A stretch of DNA of 64,000 nt, taken from contig OZ220089.1 of NCBI GenBank assembly GCA_964291625.2, positions 256,001 through 320,000 of the forward strand. Direction: 5' to 3'. This stretch comes from Candidatus Latescibacterota bacterium (GTDB taxonomy: Bacteria > Latescibacterota > UBA2968 > UBA8231). Below, in pieces: positions 56,955-64,000 of this stretch. The first letter of the stretch is position 1. The number at the start of each line of letters is the position of its first letter. Both the position numbers and the translations under genes were made by a program. The notes below the pieces were generated by a model. It had not been told where the DNA came from. It saw nothing but the letters and a program-made list of their open reading frames with translations, and did no database searches.

Positions 56955-59037
56955 CGTCTTCGCAGCAGAAGACGCCCACGGACCAGGGCTCGATCCGAAC
57001 CTCGAAGGCCCCATCCTCGACCGCCACTTCGCCGCCCGTGAGCAGGTCCTCCGCGCTCCGGATTGGCCCGGGGCGCAACCTCGCCTTTGCGGAGGACCGC
57101 TCGAGGTTGAAGGCGAAGACCAGCCGCCCGCCGCGCCGGGACCTGCGGAGGGTGGTGACCAGGGGGTCGCCGGCCACCGCCACGGGCGGCTCGATGCCGG
57201 CCTCCTCCACGAGGCCGAGGACCAGCGGCGGATGGCCGACATCCCCGAATCCCGCCGACAGGGTCAGGCCGTACCAGGTGAAGCGTCCGTCGCCGCTGCG
57301 CACGGCCACCACCTGGCTGCCGAGCCGGGCGATCGCGGTGGTGTCCCCTTGCGGCTCGAGCACGGCGTACCCGCAGGGGGACGAGACGGCCACCGACCCG
57401 TACGGTGTCCGCAACCGGTTCTCCCCTCTCCGGATGTCGTGGGGCGTCACCGCCGAGAAGTCCTCCACGCGGACGCCGAAGCGCTCGGCGAAACCCTCGG
57501 GAGGGGCCTCGCTCGACAGGCCGTCGGCCTGGTAGAGTCCGAAGCTGCCCTCGGCGACCAGCCGTGTCCCAGGACTCTCCTCCAGGGTCCGATGGATGCG
57601 GTCCCGTGCCTCTGCGCCCATGAGGGCGAGGTTGGGCAGGAAGAGGAGGCGGTAGCCCGACCAGTCCATGCGCGGCGACAGGATGTCGGCGGGGATGCCG
57701 TGACGCCAGAGGGTCCGGTAGACCCCCCGGAGATCGGCGTTGAAGCGCTCGGTCTCGCCGTTGAGGCCGAAGAGCTCCTGGGACTCCGGGTGGTAGACGA
57801 TGCCCACCTCCGCCCGGGGGCACCCGAGGGGCAGGTGGTCCTTCATCCTCTCGATGCCGTCCACGGCGGCGGCCACCGCTCGCAGACGCGCCGTGGGCCG
57901 TCCGTCGAGGGCGGCGAGGTTGTACCCGGGGGACTCGAAGCTGAGGTACTCGGGGCGGTACTGCCAGAACATGCATCCCGCGGCGCCGCCGGCGAGGGTC
58001 ATCCACAACAGGGTGGTCAACTCGCGCGGATCGGACTGCTTCTTCCAGGTCACCCCGCCGCGAGACATGCCGGCGTAGATCTCCTCGTTCCACCAGCGGC
58101 CGTTCACGCCCTGGCTGCGCGAGAGATCGAAGCTGAAGGCCCGATCGGCGAGCGGGTACGGGTCCTCCGAGGTGAGCAGGTTGTTCGAGGACATGGACAT
58201 GCCCCAGCTGTCCACGTGTCGGGCGCACTCGTCGTCCCAGGGGCGCGGCGTGGAGGCGGCGTGGGCCCGGAGCTCGTGGAGGGGGTCGATCCTCCGGGCC
58301 TCGGCCACCATCCATCGCAGGTGGTCCACGAGGTTCAGGCGGTGGAAGCGCAGGTAGAGCAGCATCTCCACCACGTTGTGGTTCGACCGCGGCGGCTCCA
58401 CGTCCTCCCAGTCCCGGTAGCGGCGCAGGAGCCGGACGTTCAGTTCCTCGAGGGTGAAGCGCTCGCGCAGCCAGGCCTTGTAACGAGCCCGGGTATGGCC
58501 GCAGTAGCAGGGCAGGCCGTCCCCGTGACGGGGCCAGGACGGGCTCACGCCGTCCCAGAGCCCCCACACCAGAAGGTTGGGCCGGTCCTTGTAGCGGGCG
58601 ACCACGTGCCGAAGGAGAGCTCCGCCGCGCTCGCGCCAGGCCGGGTGGTCGCAGCAGTGGACCATCGCCCCCTGGGGTGTGGCGGGGCTCGCGTCTCCCA
58701 GGCTCGGCTCGCCCCGGTGGCTGACGGTCCTCATGTCCGGGTGCTCCCGGAGCAGCCACTCGGGACAGGCGCCGTGAGTGGCGAGAGTGATGTCCATCCA
58801 CACCCAGAGACCGTGCTTCGCCGCCAGATCGAAGAGCCGGTCGAAGTCGTCGAGCTGGTAGACGCCCGGAGCCGGCTCCATCCAGTTCCAGTAGCTGAAG
58901 CTGCGCACGACCCGGAGACCGGCCTGCCGGATCCGCGCGAAATCCCCGTCCCACAGACCGGTCCCCGGGACCGGCGCACGGTAGTACTCCACTCCCACGG
59001 GGAAGGGTGTGTCCGGATGGAGCCTGAATGCGGGCAT
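56950..59037 (-). CDS. GH42 beta-galactosidase-like glycoside hydrolase
   Basis: GVEYY...WDGDFARIRQAGLRVVR...WNWMEPAPGVYQLDDFD; PEWL; CYC; WLRERFTLEELN; WWNEE; trimerisation domain DWSGYRLLFLP. Confidence 0.85.
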   Translation of the reverse strand: MPAFRLHPDTPFPVGVEYYRAPVPGTGLWDGDFARIRQAGLRVVRSFSYWNWMEPAPGVYQLDDFDRLFDLAAKHGLWVWMDITLATHGACPEWLLREHPDMRTVSHRGEPSLGDASPATPQGAMVHCCDHPAWRERGGALLRHVVARYKDRPNLLVWGLWDGVSPSWPRHGDGLPCYCGHTRARYKAWLRERFTLEELNVRLLRRYRDWEDVEPPRSNHNVVEMLLYLRFHRLNLVDHLRWMVAEARRIDPLHELRAHAASTPRPWDDECARHVDSWGMSMSSNNLLTSEDPYPLADRAFSFDLSRSQGVNGRWWNEEIYAGMSRGGVTWKKQSDPRELTTLLWMTLAGGAAGCMFWQYRPEYLSFESPGYNLAALDGRPTARLRAVAAAVDGIERMKDHLPLGCPRAEVGIVYHPESQELFGLNGETERFNADLRGVYRTLWRHGIPADILSPRMDWSGYRLLFLPNLALMGAEARDRIHRTLEESPGTRLVAEGSFGLYQADGLSSEAPPEGFAERFGVRVEDFSAVTPHDIRRGENRLRTPYGSVAVSSPCGYAVLEPQGDTTAIARLGSQVVAVRSGDGRFTWYGLTLSAGFGDVGHPPLVLGLVEEAGIEPPVAVAGDPLVTTLRRSRRGGRLVFAFNLERSSAKARLRPGPIRSAEDLLTGGEVAVEDGAFEVRIEPWSVGVFCCEDA

Positions 59038-59098
59038 TGAGGAAACCTCCCGGCGCCACTAAGCTCTTTCGCCCACCTTGGAGAAACGCGGCTCGTCG

Positions 59099-60925
59099 AT
59101 GAACATCCTGGGGATCTCCGCCTACTACCACGACAGCGCCGCCTGCCTCGTGCGGGACGGCGAGATCGTGGCCGCGGCCCAGGAGGAGCGCTTCACCCGC
59201 AGGAAGCACGACCACGAGTTCCCGGCCAAGGCCGTCGACTTCTGCCTCGACTACGGCGGCCTCGATCCCGGAAACCTCGATCTGGTCGCCTTCTACGACA
59301 AACCGCTCCTCAAGTTCGACCGCCTCCTCGAGACCTGGATCAGCTTCGCCCCGAGGGGCTTCAAGCTCTTTCTCATGGGCATGCCCTTGTGGTTGAGGCA
59401 GAAGCTGCACACCCCCCGGGAACTCGACCGCGGCCTGCGCGGCGGCTACGGAGGGCGCTACCTCTTCCCCTCCCACCACGAGTCGCACGCGGCCAGCGCC
59501 TTCTACCCCTCCCCCTTCCAGGAGGCCGCCATCGTCACCCTGGACGGCGTCGGCGAGTGGGCCACGGGAACCATCGCCAGGGGCCGGGACCACGAGATCG
59601 AGATGCTCAGGGAGATGCGCTTCCCCCACTCCCTCGGCCTGCTCTACTCGGCCTTCACCTACTTCACCGGTTTCCGGGTCAACAGCGGCGAGTACAAGCT
59701 CATGGGCCTGGCGCCGTACGGCGAGCCCGTCTACCGCGACCTCATCGTCGAGGAGATGCTCGACATCAAGGAGGACGGCTCCTTCCGCATGGACATGTCC
59801 TACTTCGGGTTCTGCCATACCGATGTCATGACCACGCCGAAGATGGACCGGCTCTTCGGAGGGCCGCCGCGGCAGCCGGAGGGCGAGATCACCCGGCGCG
59901 AGATGGACCTGGCCGCCTCGATCCAGGCGGTGACCGAGGAGATCGTGCTGAAGATCGCGGGCCACGCCCACGAGCTGACGGGCGCCCGCCACCTGGTGAT
60001 GGCCGGCGGCGTCGCCCTCAACTGCGTCGCCAACGGCCGCCTGCTGCGCGAGGGACCCTTCGAGGACCTGTGGGTCCAGCCCGCCGCCGGAGACGCGGGG
60101 GGCGCCCTCGGAGCGGCCCTGTTCACCTGGCACCAGCTCCTGGGCAACCCCCGAAGGGCGGCGCCCCGGGACAGTCAGGGAGGGTCCCTGCTCGGCCCCC
60201 GCTTCGACGACGACGAGATCCGCCGGGACCTGGACGCGGCCGGAGCAGTGTACCGTCGCTGCGAGGAAGAGACCGAGCTGATCGACCGCATCGCGGAGCT
60301 GGTGGCGCAGGAGAAGGTGGTGGGGCACTTTGCCGGCCGCGCCGAGTTCGGTCCGCGGGCCCTCGGCAGCCGCTCCATCCTCGGCGACGCGCGCTCCGCC
60401 GAGATGCAGTCGGTGATGAACCTCAAGATCAAGTTCCGCGAGTCCTTCCGGCCCTTCGCCCCCGCCGTCCTGCGCGAGGACGTGGGCGAGTTCTTCGAGA
60501 TGCCGCCCGGGTACGACAGTCCCTACATGCTCGTCGTGGCGCCGGTCCGGGAGGAGCATCGGCTGCCTTCCGGCTCGACTCCCGGGGGGCTGGAACAGCG
60601 CCACGAGAGGCGCTCCACGGTCCCGGCCATCACCCACGTCGACTACTCCGCCCGCGTGCAGACCGTCGACGCCGGCCACCACCCCCGGTTCCGCAGGATC
60701 GTCGAGCGCTTCAAGGAGCGGACGGGAACCCCGGTCCTGATCAACACCAGCTTCAACGTCCGCGGCGAGCCGATGGTGAACACCCCCGCCGACGCCTACC
60801 GCTGCTTCATGGCCACCGGCATGGACGCCCTGGTGCTGGAGAGCTGCCTCCTTCTGAAGGAGGACCAGCCCGAGGCCCGGGCCTTCGACGCCTCGGCGTA
60901 CCTCTCCGAGTTCGCCCTGGACTGA
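59099..60925 (+). CDS. Carbamoyltransferase (NodU/CmcH family)
   Basis: MNILGISAYYHDSAA, QEERFTRRKH, HHESHAASAF, LDGVGE, GEYKLMGLAPYG, GGVALNC, EFGPRALG, KFRESFRPFAP and NTSFNVRGEP. Confidence 0.95.
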   Translation: MNILGISAYYHDSAACLVRDGEIVAAAQEERFTRRKHDHEFPAKAVDFCLDYGGLDPGNLDLVAFYDKPLLKFDRLLETWISFAPRGFKLFLMGMPLWLRQKLHTPRELDRGLRGGYGGRYLFPSHHESHAASAFYPSPFQEAAIVTLDGVGEWATGTIARGRDHEIEMLREMRFPHSLGLLYSAFTYFTGFRVNSGEYKLMGLAPYGEPVYRDLIVEEMLDIKEDGSFRMDMSYFGFCHTDVMTTPKMDRLFGGPPRQPEGEITRREMDLAASIQAVTEEIVLKIAGHAHELTGARHLVMAGGVALNCVANGRLLREGPFEDLWVQPAAGDAGGALGAALFTWHQLLGNPRRAAPRDSQGGSLLGPRFDDDEIRRDLDAAGAVYRRCEEETELIDRIAELVAQEKVVGHFAGRAEFGPRALGSRSILGDARSAEMQSVMNLKIKFRESFRPFAPAVLREDVGEFFEMPPGYDSPYMLVVAPVREEHRLPSGSTPGGLEQRHERRSTVPAITHVDYSARVQTVDAGHHPRFRRIVERFKERTGTPVLINTSFNVRGEPMVNTPADAYRCFMATGMDALVLESCLLLKEDQPEARAFDASAYLSEFALD

Positions 60926-60941
60926 GGGAGACCACTGTCCC

Positions 60942-61379
60942 ATGCTCCGGATCGACCTCCGGCCCGACCGGAAGAAGCTGCGGCACTTCGGCTTCATCGC
61001 CCTCGGCGGCTTCGGGGCCCTGGCGGCCATGGCCTGGTTCGAGCGGCTGGTCTTCGCCTTCGGCCTGGGCGAGGCCCGTCCCATCGCCGCCGGGGTCCTG
61101 GCGGGGCTGGGACTCCTGTCGGCCCTTCTCTCCCTCGTCCACCCCAGGGCCAACCGTCCCTTGTACGTCGGCCTCACCCTGCTCGCCCTGCCGGTTGGCT
61201 ACCTGGTCTCCTACCTGACGATGGGCGCCCTGTTCTTCCTCCTCATCACCCCCCTGGGCCTGCTCTTCCGGATCATCGGGCGCGACCCCCTGCAGCGGCG
61301 GTTCCGAAGGGAGGCCGAGTCCTACTGGATCCCCCTGGGGCCGCGGCCACCCCGGGAGCGCTACTTCCGGCAGTTCTGA
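60942..61379 (+). CDS. SxtJ family membrane protein
   Basis: KKLRHFG; FFLLITPLGLLFRIIGRDPL...SYW...YFRQF; lies after the carbamoyltransferase. Confidence 0.88.
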   Translation: MLRIDLRPDRKKLRHFGFIALGGFGALAAMAWFERLVFAFGLGEARPIAAGVLAGLGLLSALLSLVHPRANRPLYVGLTLLALPVGYLVSYLTMGALFFLLITPLGLLFRIIGRDPLQRRFRREAESYWIPLGPRPPRERYFRQF

Positions 61380-61399
61380 CCGCAGAGACGGAGACCGAC

Positions 61400-61600
61400 G
61401 TGACAGACGATCCGCAAAGCGACGACCTCGCCGCCCAGGCCCGGCAGAAGCGCAGCGGCCTGGCCTCCGAGTTCCTCGCCTTTCTGAGGGACAACAAGAA
61501 GTGGTGGCTGGCGCCGATCCTGCTCACCATCGCCGGCCTCGGGCTGGTGGTCATGCTCAGCGGCACCGCCGCGGCGCCCTTCATCTACACCTTGTTCTGA
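61400..61600 (+). CDS. DUF5989 (SxtK-like) small membrane protein
   Basis: EFLAFLRDNKKWWLAPI...APFIYTLF. Confidence 0.92.
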   Translation: MTDDPQSDDLAAQARQKRSGLASEFLAFLRDNKKWWLAPILLTIAGLGLVVMLSGTAAAPFIYTLF

Positions 61601-61698
61601 TCCCTTCGGCGGCGCCCGCCGGGGCCTGGCGGACAGACGGGTCCGACCCCGCGGAGGAGACCCGCCCTCGGGGCGGGCCCTCGCGGGAAGGTGTCTGT

Positions 61699-62562
61699 CT
61701 ACTGCTCGGTGGGGGCGCTGCCGGCGGCGGCGGTGGAGTCGGGCGCGGACGCCGGGTCGTGAAGCACCAGGAGGCGCACGTCCCTGAGGCCGATGGCGAA
61801 CCGGGAGGAGCCGGCGTACCCGGTGAAGGCGGAGTCGACGCGGCTGCGGTACTGGTAGTCGCGCTCGCCGGAGAGGCGCACGGTGCTGGCCTCGACGGTG
61901 GCCGTGATCGTCTTCCCCGATCTGAGGGAGATGACGATGGGCCGGACCTCGACCCCGGCTTCCCTGAACTCGATCTTCTCGATCTTGCTCATGTCGAGGC
62001 TGCGCCGCCTCCGGCCCTGCTCGAAGGCGAACTCGCGCTGGCCGCGGAAGAGAAGGTTCTGCACCTGGAACATGCGGCCCTTCTCGTTGACCAGCGTCGC
62101 CCGCAGGGGCGGCTTCGGCTTGATGGGCACGCCGCCGTCCGGATGGTGCAGGACGACCTCGGCCACGTCGCGCAGCAGGACCGTGAAGGGGCCGAGCCGG
62201 GTCGAGCCCGAGACGCTCTCCGGCGGGATGCCGCCGCCGAGGGCTTCGACGTTGGCCGCGGTGGAAGCGATGACGTAGGTCCCCCGCTCCTCCTTGCCGG
62301 TGCGCATCCGAACGACGAGGTCCTGCTGCTCCTCGCGGGGACCGCTGGCAAAGCGGAAACGGTCGATCTCGCGCAGGGGGACCTCCCGGCGGACGCCCTT
62401 CAGATAGTAGGACAGGGAGGTCTTGCCCCGGACCTTCAACTTCGTCAGCTCGAAGCGGTTGCCCTGCCGGTCGATGAGGGTGGCCGCCAGGTCGGCCGCC
62501 GACGGGGCCGCCCCGAGGGCGAGGAAGCACGAGGCCAGGGTGAGGATGCGAGCCGCCATCAT
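61699..62562 (-). CDS. Hypothetical secreted protein with two internally repeated beta-rich domains
   Basis: Signal peptide; LAATLIDRQGNRFELTKL vs LRATLVNEKGRMFQVQNL; FTVLLRDVAEVVLH vs FAIGLRDVRLLVLH. Confidence 0.7.
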   Translation of the reverse strand: MMAARILTLASCFLALGAAPSAADLAATLIDRQGNRFELTKLKVRGKTSLSYYLKGVRREVPLREIDRFRFASGPREEQQDLVVRMRTGKEERGTYVIASTAANVEALGGGIPPESVSGSTRLGPFTVLLRDVAEVVLHHPDGGVPIKPKPPLRATLVNEKGRMFQVQNLLFRGQREFAFEQGRRRRSLDMSKIEKIEFREAGVEVRPIVISLRSGKTITATVEASTVRLSGERDYQYRSRVDSAFTGYAGSSRFAIGLRDVRLLVLHDPASAPDSTAAAGSAPTEQ

Positions 62563-63251
62563 CGCTGCGGCTCCTGCTGCTGCGAGTCCGGTCCTTCCTG
62601 GGTATCGGTGCCCAGATCGATGATCACCGGCGTGGGCCGGCCGAAGGCGACCTCGAAGGACCGGATCTCGTCGAGCCCCGAGGGGCTGTTCTCGAGGCGC
62701 AGCTTGTAGGTGCCCACGGGCAGGATGAAGTAGCGCAACTCGCTCGTGGTCATGCCCCGGCCGAGGACGGTGCGCATGGTGTAGTCGAGAAACAGGAACG
62801 GGATCTGGGAGAACCCCTGCCCCCCGGTGATCAGGACCTGCACCCTGCCGAGGTGGAGGACGACGTGGGCCTCCTGTCCCATCTGGATCTTCACGCCGCG
62901 CTCGACGACGCTGTCCTTGATGTCGGTGTTGACGGTGACGTCGTAGGTGCCCGGGTCGAGGTCGACGACGAGCCGGTTCTCGGACCACGAACGCTCGAAG
63001 GCGGAGGGCGAGAAGGCGGAAGCCCTCGGCATGTCCTCGTAGACGATCTCTCCGCTCTCGGAGTCCTCGACGAAGAAGTTCAACTCCTGGATGCCGCCGG
63101 CCTCGAGGAAGAGCCGGCCCTTGCCCTCGGGGATCGGGGGAGGTCCGTACGCCGACCCGCCACCGCTCTGGGTGCTGGCGCAGGCAAGGAGGAAGCAGGC
63201 CGCCAGAGGCGAGGCGAAGCACCACCAGGTCGATCGGATTCGGGAGGTCAC
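62559..63251 (-). CDS. Hypothetical lipoprotein with two Ig/PEGA-like domains
   Basis: SD AAAGGAGG; lipobox FLLAC; LDPGTYDVTV and LPVGTYKLRL. Confidence 0.7.
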   Translation of the reverse strand: MTSRIRSTWWCFASPLAACFLLACASTQSGGGSAYGPPPIPEGKGRLFLEAGGIQELNFFVEDSESGEIVYEDMPRASAFSPSAFERSWSENRLVVDLDPGTYDVTVNTDIKDSVVERGVKIQMGQEAHVVLHLGRVQVLITGGQGFSQIPFLFLDYTMRTVLGRGMTTSELRYFILPVGTYKLRLENSPSGLDEIRSFEVAFGRPTPVIIDLGTDTQEGPDSQQQEPQR

Positions 63252-63291
63252 AGGATCCTCCTTTCAGAGGAAGAACGCGTCGGTTGGGTAC

Positions 63292-64000
63292 CTAGTTCCC
63301 CGACGGGGAATTGTCAACCAGGCGGACGACGAGGATGTTCCTCTCCGGCCCCGCCGCGGAACGGGCCTGGCGCCGGAAGGACCGTTCGTCGGTCCGGAAA
63401 TCGGGATAGGCGGCGGCCGTGGTCACGCCCCGCGCCAGCAGCTCGCTCCACAGCGGTTCCACGCGCTTCACGAAGCCCGCCGCCACCACGAAGTAGTCGG
63501 CCCCTTCCGCCGCCAGCGAGTCGAGCCGGGAGGCCTCGAAGAGATCCGGGGTGATCTGCCAGCCCTTGCGGTGGCAGTAGTAGAGCAGGGTCGGGCTTCG
63601 GGTGCGGAACGGCCCGCCCCGGTCCTCGTCGATGTCGCCGGCCACAAGCCGCGCGCCGGCCGGCATCCGCGCGTCGAGGACGCGTCCGGCGAGCTCGCAG
63701 GTGCGGTAGTAGTCGTAGATCCTGTTCCCGGGGCGGTAGTAGTCCCCCAGCTTCCACAGGCCGCCGGCCGCCACCGCCGCCAGGGACAGGGCCACCAGCG
63801 ACCGCGCCCGGAGCGACCCCGGCCGGAGCCGCCGCAGCTGCCGGCCCACGACGCCGGACAGGCACGCGCCTCCCGGCTCCCACAGGGCAGCCAGGGGCGC
63901 GGCGGCGAAGACCGCCGCCGGCAGGGCGAAGGGCAGCTGGTAGTAGTGGAGCCGGCGGTTGCCCTCGGGGATGAGGAGGACGTACAGCAGCAGGCCGCCG
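63292..64000 (-). CDS. 3' end of a probable GT-C (ArnT/family 39-like) membrane glycosyltransferase; truncated by the window edge
   Basis: The frame is open to the edge: LLLYVLLIPEGNRRLHYYQLPFALPAA...PTLLYYCHRKGW...GADYFV. Confidence 0.6.
   Translation of the reverse strand, partial: GGLLLYVLLIPEGNRRLHYYQLPFALPAAVFAAAPLAALWEPGGACLSGVVGRQLRRLRPGSLRARSLVALSLAAVAAGGLWKLGDYYRPGNRIYDYYRTCELAGRVLDARMPAGARLVAGDIDEDRGGPFRTRSPTLLYYCHRKGWQITPDLFEASRLDSLAAEGADYFVVAAGFVKRVEPLWSELLARGVTTAAAYPDFRTDERSFRRQARSAAGPERNILVVRLVDNSPSGN

Noticed and set aside
53852-61177. 2441-aa minus-strand ORF that looks like a giant LRR/TolB fusion
   Set aside because: It joins antisense carbamoyltransferase sequence, off-frame GH42 sequence and two separate lipoprotein genes linked only by the frameshift at ~55620; each gene has its own lipobox.
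59099-61600. sxtI/J/K-like triad as evidence of saxitoxin synthesis
   Set aside because: The triad is widespread outside toxin producers, and no sxtA, sxtG or other pathway genes are present.
61601-61698. Structured ncRNA between convergent genes
   Set aside because: Short GC hairpins (for example CCCGCCC-TCG-GGGCGGG at 61661-61677) are adequately explained as a terminator or chance pairing at this GC content.

Overview
High-GC bacterial chromosomal window with about 44 genes. I saw no rRNA, tRNA, CRISPR array, integrase or transposase. The gene content (PorV-like barrel, TPNGDGxND/FlgD-like C-terminal domains, C-terminal WGxIK motifs, expanded TPR/LRR/FG-GAP proteins) suggests an FCB-associated lineage such as Latescibacterota or Poribacteria; this is inference only. 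Housekeeping genes are glgB (partial), a DprE1/DprE2-like pair, recD2, rel, hisC, a GT2, mpl, a GH42 and a carbamoyltransferase-SxtJ-DUF5989 triad. Two uncharacterised envelope systems stand out. (1) At 5-17.7 kb is a tightly coupled minus-strand operon: NusG-II, Gx transporter, a ~1600-aa PA/M28 pseudo-peptidase (nicalin/nicastrin-like substitutions) fused to a MacB/FtsX permease, an OPT-like transporter with an inserted, apparently permuted FN3-like domain, a tandem PsbP-like protein, a stand-alone PqqD/RRE protein, a PAP2-like protein and RecD2. It has no ATPase and no RiPP enzyme. (2) At 27-57 kb is a T9SS-like region: PorV-like barrel, giant TPR protein, ExbB, ExbD and a TonB-like-anchored DUF4159 protein. 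It is followed by three paralogous secreted proteins with type-B-CTD-like tails, interleaved with two paralogous ~880-aa putative outer-membrane proteins and co-oriented with four tandem LRR/TolB-propeller lipoproteins. Four single-base frameshifts most likely reflect assembly indel errors. Family assignments come from motif recognition by eye; no searches were run.
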